A DNA stretch of 63,025 nucleotides, filler included, from Octopus bimaculoides (lineage: Eukaryota): NCBI RefSeq assembly GCF_001194135.2. It is 4 parts of 4 records of this genome, joined end to end, with 100 filler letters (N's around TTAATTAATTAA, not from the genome) between each part and the next. Parts side by side here need not be neighbours in the genome. Positions count along the whole stretch, not along the records: positions 31,867 to 48,946 come from NC_069008.1; positions 49,047 to 56,760 come from NC_068989.1; 2 more parts are not named here. One strand, given 5' to 3'. The notes under the pieces were generated by a model that was given only the letters and a program-made list of their open reading frames with translations, was not told the DNA's origin and ran no database searches. The translations under genes and the position numbers were made by a program. Below, in pieces: positions 40,211 to 52,351 of the stretch. The first letter of the stretch is position 1. Every line of letters starts with the position of its first letter.

Positions 40211-40381
40211 GATCTCTATTCCCAGTATTTCATGCGGAATGGCTATGATGACACACGATTGATAAGTGGCATGCATGAAAAAGAACTGGTTGACATTGGG
40301 ATCAAGTCAAAAGGTCACAGGCAATATTTGATGGACATGATAAAGCTGTTACCAGATTTTGAACCAGACACTGAAGTACCG
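40211..40381 (+). CDS. chs: Chitin synthase exon 5 (visible), SAM domain 1 core
   Basis: Acceptor gttttactag, donor CCG|gtatgt. Phase 0 to 0. Reads [57 protein letters not shown], a clear SAM signature (Y...F...GY ... L..IGI...GHR). Confidence 0.93.
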
Positions 40382-40569
40382 GTATGTACAACCTTTCACA
40401 AACCATTATGTTTAAATGTAAATGTAAAATACATGAGAGAAATAAGATGGAATTCACAAAATTCTTTATTATTATTCACTGTATTTGCTTCAACCCATTG
40501 TGCACTAGTACCTTGCAGGTAAAATGTGATGCAAACAGTTGTTGTGCATCAAAGGTGACTTGTTTTTAA

Positions 40570-40678
40570 CCTTTAGCACACTGCATTTGTCTCTAGAATT
40601 GTTTCCCCTGCAACTGTCCTGTTACTACAGGGGAGAAAACTCATATGGTGACATGATGTACCTACAGTGTGCTAAAGG
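40570..40678. mobile_element. 109-bp piggyBac-type MITE
   Basis: Perfect 14-bp TIRs CCTTTAGCACACTG/CAGTGTGCTAAAGG flanked by TTAA on both sides (40566-69 and 40679-82). Confidence 0.8.
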
Positions 40679-40799
40679 TTAAATCTCTAGTTTGCTTGTT
40701 TCTGTTAGAATACATTTTGGTAGTTAGACTGCATTACTTGTCTACGTGAGGAACTGATTAATAACTGGGCTCCTTGGAAGAACTCAAACCCAACTTCAT

Positions 40800-41830
40800 T
40801 TGACTCATGCTAATCGATAAGGCGGGCAAGGCTGGCAGCAAGAATACCACCTCAATATTCGATAGAGTGCTGGTAGAGTTCAAGAGGGATGACGTCCTAG
40901 GAGAAACTCTGGGGTTCAATGAGGGCCAGCTAACCAACCTGTTTCAAAGAACTTTCAGGCTGGGGTATCTGGATAACTACCAGAAATCCCTGACCTGGCA
41001 GTGCTATAGGAGGGCATTACCTATTCACAACAAATTGTCTAGGCATGGAATGTCTGTGCTACCAGCATGCCCAAGGTGTGGGCAGGATGATGAATCTGTT
41101 CTACATGCTCTTGTACAGTGCCCGGTGCTTTCAGGCTTGATAATTTACGTAGAACTATTAACTAATTTCTCATTCTAACTATAAGGTTTCACGACAATTC
41201 AATATTGTCAGATTTGAGTATTGAACATGGCATATATATTAGCCTATACTCAAAAGGGTGAGTGTCGTGGATTTGAGTGGCTGTCCAACAAACACTGGAG
41301 ATTTTGCCGAAAATCAGGGTTTTTATAACTACTCATACACGAATCATAGAACCGTGACCCCGTGAAAGATTCCTTCAACGAAGTTCAGAATTCGTATATG
41401 GGCAGTAATTCTTAACCAATGAGAAATCAATAATTTCTCATGTTCGGGCAAATGAACTTACGTTCTCTCTCCGCCTCTTATGAGTTTGCTACAGAACACA
41501 TCTACGAAGAGTATAGTAATCTGCTGAGTCCACGATCGAGATTGTACCATCACCTGGACTACCAAAGGAAGGTGAGGCATGTTTTGTATGCACAGTCACA
41601 GTATTGAAAGAGTGTATATGGAAAACTAGAATGAAGGGAGTCGCGATGGGAATTTTCATCTTCGGCGCTGGTTTGCTATATTACTTCAGATATCATCTGA
41701 AGAGCAAGATAGGGCTGGAGGAGAGACACCTGTCACGAAGTATATTTGGGAAAAGATGGAAAGATGTGGCAAGGAAGTTGAGTGTGAATGACCCTACTTA
41801 ATCTCATCCATGGTAGAAAAAAGTATGGTG
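40800..41830 (+). mobile_element. Tx1/L1-clade LINE 3-prime fragment, interrupted at about 41170-41500
   Basis: CCHC motif PACPRCGQDDESVLHALVQCP. Resumes as SAESTIEIVPSPGLPKEGEACFVCTVTVLKECIWKTRMKG...KRWKDVARKLSVNDPT*, colinear with the element at 58573-60160. Confidence 0.85.
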
Positions 41831-42015
41831 TAGCCGTTGGGCTTCACGACCAAGTGTAAACTTGTAATTTTTTGAAATATAATATTCATCATCATATTTT
41901 AAAAACCCCTTTAAAATCGAACTTATAAACACACTATTTGTTTGTAATGTCCTGAGCTGTCCCATCTATATTGGATTTGTAATTATCATAATATATATAT
42001 GTGTATATGTGTGTG

Positions 42016-42054
<39 letters not shown>

Positions 42055-42164
42055 GTATTAATGAATGTATGTATGCACACTAAATATGATGTAATTAAAA
42101 AACAACTATCTAATTATTTCTCGTCTGCTTTTGGCGGTGTTTCCTCTTTTATACTTCAACATAG

Positions 42165-42315
42165 GAATCAGCCCTGATATGGCTACAGAATATTGGTTTA
42201 TCAATGTACAAGGAGAACTTCAAACGCAACTGCATCATTTACCGCAGAGACATGGCTGTACTGAAGACCATGAGTATATTTGACATCAAAAGAGAACTGA
42301 AGATTATCAAAAAAG
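42165..42315 (+). CDS. chs: Chitin synthase exon 6 (visible), SAM domain 2; not in the supplied ORF track
   Basis: Acceptor cttcaacatag, donor AAAG|gtgtgg. Phase 0 to 1. Reads ESALIWLQNIGLSMYKENFKRNCIIYRRDMAVLKTMSIFDIKRELKIIKK(G), with the WL..IGL..Y...F SAM motif. Confidence 0.9.
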
Positions 42316-42537
42316 GTGTGGTACTCTTGTTGTTGTTGTAATAGTATTTGTTGTTGTTGCTGTTGTTCATGATGATGTTTGATACTTGATCAAAGCAATG
42401 GAAATGGATGCAGCTGAGTGTTTGGGCATCTGAGCTCTTCATTGCAGATTCACTTCTATGTCAGAACGTTGCATTTTGTTCTTAAGCATTCATATCAATT
42501 TGTTTGTCTGTTTGCCTTCTATCTATCTGTCTCCCTC

Positions 42538-42575
<38 letters not shown>

Positions 42576-43813
42576 CATCTATCCATCAATCTGACTATCT
42601 CTCTCTATTTATCTGTCTGTCTGTCTGTTCATCCATCCATCTATCTATCTATCTGTCTGTCTGTCTCTCTATCTATCTATCAATCTGTCTCTCTCTCTCT
42701 CTCTCTCTCAATATATATATATATATATANNNNNNNNNNNNNNNNNNNNNNNNNNNNNNNNNNNNNNNNNNNNNNNNNNNNNNNNNNNNNNNNNNNNNNN
42801 NNNNNNNNNNNNNNNNNNNNNNNNNNNNNNNNNNNNNNNNNNNNNNNNNNNNNNNNNNNNNNNNNNNNNNNNNNNNNNNNNNNNNNNNNNNNNNNNNNNN
42901 NNNNNNNNNNNNNNNNNNNNNNNNNNNNNNNNNNNNNNNNNNNNNNNNNNNNNNNNNNNNNNNNNNNNNNNNNNNNNNNNNNNNNNNNNNNNNNNNNNNN
43001 NNNNNNNNNNNNNNNNNNNNNNNNNNNNNNNNNNNNNNNNNNNNNNNNNNNNNNNNNNNNNNNNNNNNNNNNNNNNNNNNNNNNNNNNNNNNNNNNNNNN
43101 NNNNNNNNNNNNNNNNNNNNNNNNNNNNNNNNNNNNNNNNNNNNNNNNNNNNNNNNNNNNNNNNNNNNNNNNNNNNNNNNNNNNNNNNNNNNNNNNNNNN
43201 NNNNNNNNNNNNNNNNNNNNNNNNNNNNNNNNNNNNNNNNNNNNNNNNNNNNNNNNNNNNNNNNNNNNNNNNNNNNNNNNNNNNNNNNNNNNNNNNNNNN
43301 NNNNNNNNNNNNNNNNNNNNNNNNNNNNNNNNNNNNNNNNNNNNNNNNNNNNNNNNNNNNNNNNNNNNNNNNNNNNNNNNNNNNNNNNNNNNNNNNNNNN
43401 NNNNNNNNNNNNNNNNNNNNNNNNNNNNNNNNNNNNNNNNNNNNNNNNNNNNNNNNNNNNNNNNNNNNNNNNNNNNNNNNNNNNNNNNNNNNNNNNNNNN
43501 NNNNNNNNNNNNNNNNNNNNNNNNNNNNNNNNNNNNNNNNNNNNNNNNNNNNNNNNNNNNNNNNNNNNNNNNNNNNNNATATATATGTATATACATATAT
43601 ATATATATATATAATATTTTGTGCTTAGTAGACATAAGCAATTTATTGCATATAAATTCTAGCAACACAATCTTGTGGACCTCCAAGGGTCATATGAACG
43701 CTAGTTTGGACCCACTGTTCTTGATCAGTAAAACCACAGGATCTGGACTGACCAATCGAGGCCTAACATCTAGAAGCTATCTTGAATTTGTTTCATATCC
43801 CTTCATTCTTTCT

Positions 43814-43884
43814 CAATTCCTGATGAGTCAGGATCATTCTATGAGCCGAGGAAACTCTAAGTTGTAGGAAGCTGAGTTGAATTG
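43814..43884 (+). ncRNA. Type I hammerhead ribozyme fold with one core mismatch, in a chitin synthase intron
   Basis: Stem I CAATTC(43814-19)/GAATTG(43879-84). CTGATGA at 43820-26. Bulged stem II at 43827-50. GAAA at 43851-54. Stem III ACTC/GAGT. Cleavage triplet GUU. Position 11.1 is G instead of C. Confidence 0.75.
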
Positions 43885-44214
43885 CCATTGAATAGAATAT
43901 CAGTCAACATCCATTGACAAAGTTGCCAAAGCAACAAACATTTTGGAAGAAAAAATATAAAGAATAAATGAGTGGAAATTGAACCGGTGAGTGGTAGATA
44001 ATGAGGCATTAATACAATATGACTCCCACGTCACAGCGCAAAATATCTAATTCCCAATATGAGTGTGAGTGTGAGTGTGTGTGTTGTGCATATGTGTGTT
44101 CAGTGAAGATGAACATTATCCAATGCTCTCCTCCTCCTCCTCGCTGCCTCCGCCGCCACTGCTACCACCACCACCACCACCACCACCACTATTACTACCA
44201 TTTTTTCTATACAG

Positions 44215-44268
44215 GTCACATAAAGAGGCTACAGCTGGCCATTAAGAAACTCCTGGACCCAACCGATG
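44215..44268 (+). CDS. chs: Chitin synthase exon 7 (visible), last helix of SAM domain 2
   Basis: Acceptor ttttctatacag, donor GATG|gtatga. Phase 1 to 1. Reads (G)HIKRLQLAIKKLLDPTD, the GH.KR....I..L SAM C-terminal helix. Confidence 0.9.
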
Positions 44269-45218
44269 GTATGACAATAATTTCTGTTTTTCTTCTCATA
44301 CATACACACATACACATTTGTACATAGGTTCTCTCTTTCTCACACATACACACACACAGATGCATATAGAATCACATACACACACATATGTGCATATTGA
44401 ATCACACAGCCACACACATATGTATATACAACTACATACACTCACAGGCATGCAGATATACACACACATAAACATGCACACGCACAGAGTCACAGATACC
44501 TCCACTCACACGTATACATGCACATACAAACACAAACATAAGGCGGCAAGGATTTATCTCCCTTCTAGCAATATAAACAGGACTGCATTTTGCACCAAAA
44601 AGCCAATATGAGAATTTCTCTCGTGGTAACTCCTACAGTATCGTTTGTTCTAACAGAACATCTACATTTAAATGGGTATAAATATTACCTCTTGGTATTA
44701 ATACTGCCTCTGTCACTAATATATATCTTTCAACAGATACACACACACACACATCCCTGTAATGTAGTGGTTCAGCAAAAGAGACTGATAGAATAAATAC
44801 CAGGCTTAACAAAAAACTAAGCTCTGGGGCTGATTCATTTGACTATGAATTCATCAAGGCAGTGCTCCAGCAAGGCTGCAGTCTAATGATTAAAACAAAA
44901 GATAAACAATACATGCAAATGTACCTGTACATGTCTATACATTTGTATACAGACACTACACATACATGCCATTCACACACAACTGCATAGAATGAAGACA
45001 ATAAATTGGATATTTTGTTTTTGTATTTGGTTTGTAAGATACTTGACATGAAACTGTGAATTGGAACAGATTTTGTTGCAACTTGGGAGGGTCGTTATGC
45101 CAATCATAATAAACTCACACACACACACTGATTCAATTTCAGTTGTTTCTTTTCTGTCAAATTGTTTAGTTATTCAAACAACTAATTTATTTGTTAGTTG
45201 GTTAGAAAATAAATCATA

Positions 45219-45388
45219 TTGGTGCAGGCATGGCTGTGTGGTAATAAACTTGTTCCTCAACAACATGGTTCTGGGTTCAGTTCCACTGAGTGGTGCCTCG
45301 TGCAAGTATTTTCTTCTAAAGCCTCAGGCTGACTAAAGCATTGTGGGTGGATTTGGTATGCGGAAACTGAAAGAAGCTTGTTATATAT

Positions 45389-45421
<33 letters not shown>

Positions 45422-45625
45422 CACATAACTATGTGTGAGTGTCCTTTGTCCCCCACCACCACCACCTGACAACTGGTCTTGGTGTGTTTACATCCCTGTA
45501 ACTTAGCAATTTGACAAAGACACGAATAGAATAAGTACTGGGGTTAATTCACTCAATTAAAAGATCTTCAAGGTGGTGCCCCAGCATGGCCACAGTCTAA
45601 TGATTGAAACAAATAAAAAAATAAA
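45219..45625 (+). mobile_element. SINE family A, diverged. Other partial + copies at about 30095-30480, 38505-38650, 39340-39440 and 44755-44905
   Basis: Colinear similarity to the 33486 copy. Confidence 0.75.
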
Positions 45626-45808
45626 AGAAGGTGACTAATAATAAAGAAGTGAAATAGAACCAGTGCATGTGTTTATTGTTGGCATAATGACCCTCCTGAG
45701 ACTACATGAGACATTAACAAAGTAAATGCAAATAAAAAAATGAAAATTTATTCATTTTCTTTTCCTGTTAAATTTCCAAACATTTGTCAAAATTGATGAA
45801 TGAAACAG

Positions 45809-45964
45809 CTGAACGAACCAAGATGCAAATCAAGCGTGACCTCTCCATGACTCGCATGATCGATCTTGAAGAGGAGAATCCAGTAGAGGATGACTTTTGG
45901 AAGGAGCTTGTCCAAGAGTGTCTGGACCCATCATCAGCTTTCAGCAGAGAGGACGAACTGAAAG
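45809..45964 (+). CDS. chs: Chitin synthase exon 8 (visible), FW..L region
   Basis: Acceptor tgaaacag (first AG after a T-rich tract), donor AAAG|gtattt. Phase 1 to 1. Reads (A)ERTKMQIKRDLSMTRMIDLEEENPVEDDFWKELVQECLDPSSAFSREDELK(G), matching the CHS E..FW..L...L.P motif. Confidence 0.88.
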
Positions 45965-46656
45965 GTATTTAAGTATGCTTGAGTGTGACATGGTGTCTGT
46001 TAGTGGTGGATAGTAGTTGACATTGCAGTATACCGTGCAGAATCTACTAATCTGACATAAGTGTATGTGTGTATATATATATTTTGTTGTTGGCACTCCG
46101 TCGTTTTTGTTTATATTTTTATTTTTATTTTCAATTAGTGTNNNNNNNNNNNNNNNNNNNNNNNNNNNNNNNNNNNNNNNNNNNNNNNNNNNNNNNNNNN
46201 NNNNNNNNNNNNNNNNNNNNNNNNNNNNNNNNNNNNNNNNNNNNNNNNNNNNNNNNNNNNNNNNNNNNNNNNNNNNNNNNNNNNNNNNNNNNNNNNNNNN
46301 NNNNNNNNNNNNNNNNNNNNNNNNNNNNNNNNNNNNNNNNNNNNNNNNNNNNNNNNNNNNNNNNNNNNNNNNNNNNNNNNNNNNNNNNNNNNNNNNNNNN
46401 NNNNNNNNNNNNNNNNNNNNNNNNNNNNNNNNNNNNNNNNNNNNNNNNNNNNNNNNNNNNNNNNNNNNNNNNNNNNNNNNNNNNNNNNNNNNNNNNNNNN
46501 NNNNNNNNNNNNNNNNNNNNNNNNNNNNNNNNNNNNNNNNNNNNNNNNNNNNNNNNNNNNNNNNNNNNNNNNNNNNNNNNNNNNNNNNNNNNNNNNNNNN
46601 NNNNNNNNNNNNNNNNNNNNNNNNNNNNNNNNNNNNNNNNNNNNNNNNNNNNNATA

Positions 46657-47045
46657 TAGGTGTAGGAGTGGCTGTGTGGTAAGTAGCTTGCTTATGAACC
46701 ACTTGGTTCTGGGTTCAGTCCCATTGCATGGTACCTTGGGCAAGTGTCTTCTGCTATAGCCTCGGGCCGACTAAAGCCTTGTGAGTGGATTTGGAAGACG
46801 GAAACTGAAAGAAGCCTGTCGTATATATGTATATATATGTATGTGTGTGTGTACGTTTGTGTGTCTGTGTTTGTCAACCCCAACATCGCTTGACAACTGA
46901 TGGTGGTGTGTTTATGTCCCTGTAACTTAGTGGTTCGGTAAAAGAGACCAGTAGAATAAGTCCTGGGGTCGATTTGCTTGACTAAAGGCGGTGCTCCAGC
47001 ATGGCCACAGTCAAATGACTGAAACAAGTAAAAGAGTAAAAGAAT
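46657..47045 (+). mobile_element. SINE family A, full length
   Basis: Same head and tail as the 33486 copy. Confidence 0.85.
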
Positions 47046-47284
47046 ATATATACAGAAAGAGAGAGATACACCATGTGGCGAGCTGGCAGAAACATTAGCA
47101 TGCCCGGCGCAAAATGCTTAGTGGTATTTCGTATGTAAAGTAATTACTTTATTTTTTATAATTACTTTGAAAAATAAGTGCAATCTCTCAATAGGGCTTG
47201 TGAAAAGGCTCCATCTTCTTGGCATTGAAACTCCAAATGAGGCCCCGTCTCCAAAGGGTTAATAATATTTGTTTGAATATAATG

Positions 47285-47510
47285 GATGTGTGTGGCTTAG
47301 TGGTTAGGATGTTGAGCTCATATGATTGTAAGATTGTTGTTTCAATCTCTTGATTGGGCAATGCAATGTGATCTTGAGCAAAGCACTTCATTTCACTTTG
47401 CACCAGTCCACTCAGCTGGCTAAAGTGTGTAACCCTGCGACCGACTGGTGTCCCATCCACTGGTTTATGTGTACACCATGAAAACAGAGAGACCGACACT
47501 ATGGGTCTAA
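47285..47510 (+). mobile_element. tRNA-derived SINE, family E. Related head on - at about 17225-17345
   Basis: GTGTGGCTTAGTGGTTAGG head followed by a CTTGAGCAAAGCACTT...CCAGTCCACTCAGCTG core. Confidence 0.6.
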
Positions 47511-47650
47511 ATGATTCAAAAAAGATCTTTATCCTTTATTCTTTATTCATTTTGTTAAAATCAATGGTACAACATAAGATTAATCCTGCATAATGTTGTT
47601 GGTCATTTCTACTTCCAGTTAAATATCCATCTATTTCACTGTCGTTTCAG

Positions 47651-47776
47651 GTAAACTAGGAGAACTGAGGAACAACTGGACGCTAGTGATTGCGGTCAGC
47701 AACACAATCTGGCTTGTCCTTCTAGCTACAATGGCTACACAGGCCAATCTTGCTGTTTACAGTTCAAATCCACTGG
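47651..47776 (+). CDS. chs: Chitin synthase exon 9 (visible), LRN motif plus TM helix
   Basis: Acceptor gtcgtttcag, donor CTGG|gtaacc. Phase 1 to 1. Reads (G)KLGELRNNWTLVIAVSNTIWLVLLATMATQANLAVYSSNPL(G), matching the CHS L..LRN ... N..W ... PLG pattern. Confidence 0.9.
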
Positions 47777-47878
47777 GTAACCTTACTTTTGATTTATACC
47801 AATCTCATGCACGCACACACACACACACAGAGTATGTATGGATATATACATGCACACACATATACATACATACATATA

Positions 47879-48247
47879 TATGACGACGAGGGTTCCAATT
47901 GATCCGATCAATGGAACAGCCTGCTCGTGAAATTAACGTGCAAGTGGCTGAGCACTCCACAGACACGTGTACCCTTAACGTAGTTCTCGGGGGAGATTCA
48001 GCGGGACACAGAGTGTGACAAGGTTGACCCCTTTGAATTACAGGCACAACAGAAACAGGAAGTAAGAGTGAGAGAAAGTTATGGTGAAAGAGTACAGCAG
48101 GGTTCGCCACCATCCCCTGCCGGAGCCTCGTGGAGCTTTTAGGTGTTTTCGCTCAATAAACATTCACAACGCCCGGTCTGGGAATCAAAACCGCGATCCT
48201 ATGACCGCAAGTCCACTGCCCTAACCACTGGGCCATTGCGCTTCCAC
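47879..48247 (-). mobile_element. tRNA-derived SINE, family C
   Basis: Minus-strand head GTGGAAGCGCAATGGCCCAGTGGTTAGGGCAG...GGTTTTGATTCCC with A and B boxes. Close match to the 53692 copy. Confidence 0.85.
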
Positions 48248-48248
48248 T

Positions 48249-48280
<32 letters not shown>

Positions 48281-48284
<4 letters not shown>

Positions 48285-48448
48285 AAATAAGCAACAAGGA
48301 TATCCAGAGGTAATGCAGTATGATTGTTTCATGCAACTCCATTTAATTGAACAATGTAATCATTACATCAATTTGTAAATGCAGAGCTGGAGTTGCATGG
48401 AACGGTCGTACTGCATTACCTCTGGATATCTTTGTTGCTTATTTTGAT
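48281..48448. repeat. Fold-back with 61-bp arms
   Basis: Arms 48281-48341 and 48388-48448, with 5 mismatches. Confidence 0.9.
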
Positions 48449-48887
48449 TTTAATCACCTTACTTTGAAATTGTATGGATAATACCGTACTAAATTCTGGT
48501 ACTTCAACTTAAGTACCATATTCATCTGAATCTAAATTTGACATCCATTTTCCATGCATGCATGGGTAGGACAGTTGACAAAATCTGGCCAGGCAGAAAA
48601 AACTACCCTAGTCTACTGTGTCTGTTTTGGCAGGGATTTTACGGCTGAATGCCCTTCCTAACCCCAACCACTCTGCAGAGTGGACTTAGTGTTTTCTACA
48701 TGTCACTAGTACTGGTGAAGTTAGTTTTGGTATGATTTTTACAGCTGGATGCCCTACCAAATGCCAACCACATTACAGTGTGGACTGGATGCCTTTAACA
48801 TGGCACCAGCACTGGCAGGGTAACCAAGTAACTCGCAAGACAAGGAATTATGAGAGAGGCAGAGGCATATATATATGAATTTACATA

Positions 48888-48946
<59 letters not shown>

Positions 48947-49046
48947 NNNNNNNNNNNNNNNNNNNNNNNNNNNNNNNNNNNNNNNNNNNNTTAATTAATT
49001 AANNNNNNNNNNNNNNNNNNNNNNNNNNNNNNNNNNNNNNNNNNNN
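48947..49046. other. Synthetic scaffold spacer 44N-TTAATTAATTAA-44N
   Basis: Same 100-bp structure as at 31767. Confidence 0.95.
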
Positions 49047-49172
49047 TGGAACCCTAAGTAAGGCATCTGTAAAATTTGAATGAAATTGGTTGCGTAGTTC
49101 TCGAGTTTTAGGGATTCACACAGACAGACAGACAGACAGACAGACACACATTCTCATTTTTATATATATAGA
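49047..49172 (+). mobile_element. 3-prime end of a non-autonomous Helitron/Helentron-like element (HINE/Lep1-like)
   Basis: aaatttgaatgaaattggttgcgtagttctcgag...(CAGA)n...ttttatatatatagat is the typical layout of such ends. Truncated by the spacer. Confidence 0.45.
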
Positions 49173-49181
49173 TATATATGT

Positions 49182-49220
<39 letters not shown>

Positions 49221-50279
49221 CATGTGTGTGTGTGTGTGTGTATCTACAAACGGCTCCTGCATAGTTCCTGTTTACAAGATTCAGTTGACCCACAAGGCAT
49301 TGGTTGGTCCCGGACCATAGTAAAAGACACTTACCCAAGGTGCCATGCAATAACATTGAACCAACCCGAAACAATCTGAATGCAAAGCGAGTTTCTTAAC
49401 CACACAGCCTGAAAACTTGAACATCAGTTAGAAGATTGAGCTTCTTACAAATAAGCTTCCATATTCGTCATAGACAGACCATAAACCAAATTTCCAACAG
49501 AAATACGCCATGAGATTAATCAAACCGAACAAAGCCGATATTCGGGAAAAATCAGTAAATAGATTCTTAATAAAATAGAACCCTTTTCTACTCAGGCATA
49601 AGGCCCGAAATTTTTGGGGAGGGAGGCAGTTGGTTATATCGACCCCAGTGAGTAACTGGTACTTAATTTATCGACCCCGAAAGGCTGAAAGACAAAGTCG
49701 ACCTCGGCGGAATTTGAACTCAGAACGTAATGAGAGACGAAATATCGCTAAGCATTTCACCCGGCGTGCTAACGTTTTTTATTTCTTTATTGCCCACAAG
49801 GGGCTAAACATAGAGGGGACAAACAAGGACAGACAAAGGTATTAAGTNNNNNNNNNNNNNNNNNNNNNNNNNNNNNNNNNNNNNNNNNNNNNNNNNNNNN
49901 NNNNNNNNNNNNNNNNNNNNNNNNNNNNNNNNNNNNNNNNNNNNNNNNNNNNNNNNNNNNNNNNNNNNNNNNNNNNNNNNNNNNNNNNNNNNNNNNNNNN
50001 NNNNNNNNNNNNNNNNNNNNNNNNNNNNNNNNNNNNNNNNNNNNNNNNNNNNNNNNNNNNNNNNNNNNNNNNNNNNNNNNNNNNNNNNNNNNNNNNNNNN
50101 NNNNNNNNNNNNNNNNNNNNNNNNNNNNNNNNNNNNGATCTCTCACATTACGACAGTAGCTTTACAATTTAGTTGACTTTTATCACTCACTTCTGAATGT
50201 GTCCTTCGAATTCACTACATGCTCAATGAAAAAGCTTCACTACTACTCGTACGTTGTTTCCATAGGATCTTTGCTTACT

Positions 50280-50640
50280 GTGTCTCAGTTCGATCCATCT
50301 ATTTTCCTGAGAAAGACATGGTAGTAGAGTCCTCAGGCACCTCCACCATAGGGTCCTATCAGAAAAAAAAAAACAAAAAAAAACGTCATTACACTTTTCG
50401 GATGGAATTCCAAGCGAAACTAACTGCAACTACGGGTTTTATCCAACCATCTCGTTCTTGCTCGACGCCTAGGTTTCCTACCGGTCGATTCGGCTTGACG
50501 AAACCGTTTTGTGGTTCCTTCCTGCGACATTCTAACCACATTTCCATAGTACTGGAGCTGTGTGGGCTCTTCTCAATGCAAAGAAGTAGCGGCTCGACCT
50601 GGAGAAACACCCTATTTCAGTCGCTTATATTAATATTTGC
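50280..50640 (-). mobile_element. RTE-type LINE 3-prime fragment
   Basis: Frameshifted EPLLLCIEKS..YYGNVVRMSQEGT..STGRKPRRRARTRWLDK, a decayed version of QLRW.GHV.RM...G.R..GRPR.RW.D. Confidence 0.7.
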
Positions 50641-52304
50641 GATTGTTCCCTTTCAATCATTATCTAACATCCATTACCATTAGTGAAGATAAGCGCGAAA
50701 ACCGAACTGAAGATAGCATGTTTGCTTCTTTTACCAACTCCTCCTTTTATTATTCACCCAAATCGTTTATATCTTATTCTTGTGTTCTTTCATCACACTT
50801 TAAATTCCTTAACACTCCAACCTTTACCAAACTCTCAGTTTCTTATCTAGTTACCTTTTTTTTTCTTTTAACATACTTTATGCCCTGTTGTTGTTCTGTA
50901 TAGTCTGAGTTCTCTGCAGTTTATTTAACAATCTAGTCCTTTCAGAAACACACGAGTAAATTTACCTTATTTTTCCTGTTTAATTACCCTTACTTAATCA
51001 TTTATACCGCCCTCCTTCTTCAACTTTAGTTATTTTTGCATTAATTATTTTTATTTTGATTTCTTTGCAGTGTTTTCCAAGACATAACTCATCTTGTTAT
51101 TTTAACGTTAATTTACATCTACCCAACACCCGCACTGTTACACCCTCCCAAGCGGGCGCCTTTACTTAAATTATTAATTTTGTTTTACTTTTTTCTCCAA
51201 CACTTTCCACCTCCTTAACACTCAGCAAATTCCTGACATCTAGTTAGTTAATCAACTTTTGTTACAGTTTTTTTTTTCTCTCTGTTTTTCTCTTTCTCTT
51301 TTCTTCCTCCGCCCTTTTCTTCTCGCCATTTTTTATTTTCATTTATCGGTTTCGTCTCACTCTTCTTTTTCTAACCAACTTCTTTGTCTCCTCCCCTTAC
51401 TCACACTAGTAAACATTAACTTCAATCTACTAACTTGGTGTACTGACGCCCTTACTAATCGTCCAATACTAGTGACCTACCGAAATATTTATTCTAAGAT
51501 CAATTTCCTTTAGAAATGCAGGCATTGTATATTTACTCCCTTACATTATCTCTTTGTTTACTCCTTTATATTATTATTCCCCTTCATGCATAAGAATTCA
51601 TCTTCAGTTTCCTTACCTTAATGAATTCTTTTATCTCTCTGTACTTTATGATAGATCTCCTTGCATCTTAGTTCAGCATCTTTCTCTCTCTCTCTCTCTC
51701 TATCTCTCACTAATACACTTCCCCTACAACCAGTACTCCTCTTCTGCATTCAATATAAAGCATCTATCTTTAAGCGCTGTATTTAGAAAATTTCTGATCT
51801 CAGATATCCCACCCATGTTTAAGTGTAAGTTCTATCGACCGAATGTAAATTCATTTCATAATTTGAACTCAGAACGTAGCGGCAGACGAAGTACCGCTAA
51901 GCATTTCGCCCGGCGTGCTAACGTTTCTGCCAGCTCACCGCCTTTGGGTATGTACAATATTACTTAACACGTTCGTGTACACTCGGATGTGGGAAGATTC
52001 TTCGCTGAGAAAATAGTCTCGCAAGAAAATTCTCCTCATAGACAACGAAAGGTCTTTCCACGTCGGAGCACGCACAAAAATGTTGAATATAATTATACAT
52101 ACCTGTATAACTAATTTCTATTTTAATTTAACGTAATACATCTTTTATTTTTTATCTTTTACCTGTTTCAGTCATACGAGGCATTGGTCGGTTCGAGGCT
52201 ATATAATGGCTATAGAAGAAGACACTTCTCGAGTCGACTGAGTGGTTTCTAGTTCACAATTAACTTTATATATGTATGTGTGTGCGTGTGTGTGTGTGTG
52301 TATG

Positions 52305-52351
<47 letters not shown>

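Noticed and set aside
50219-50683. 154-aa plus-strand ORF
   Set aside because: It is antisense to a decayed RTE fragment and includes an A-run, with no recognisable domain.
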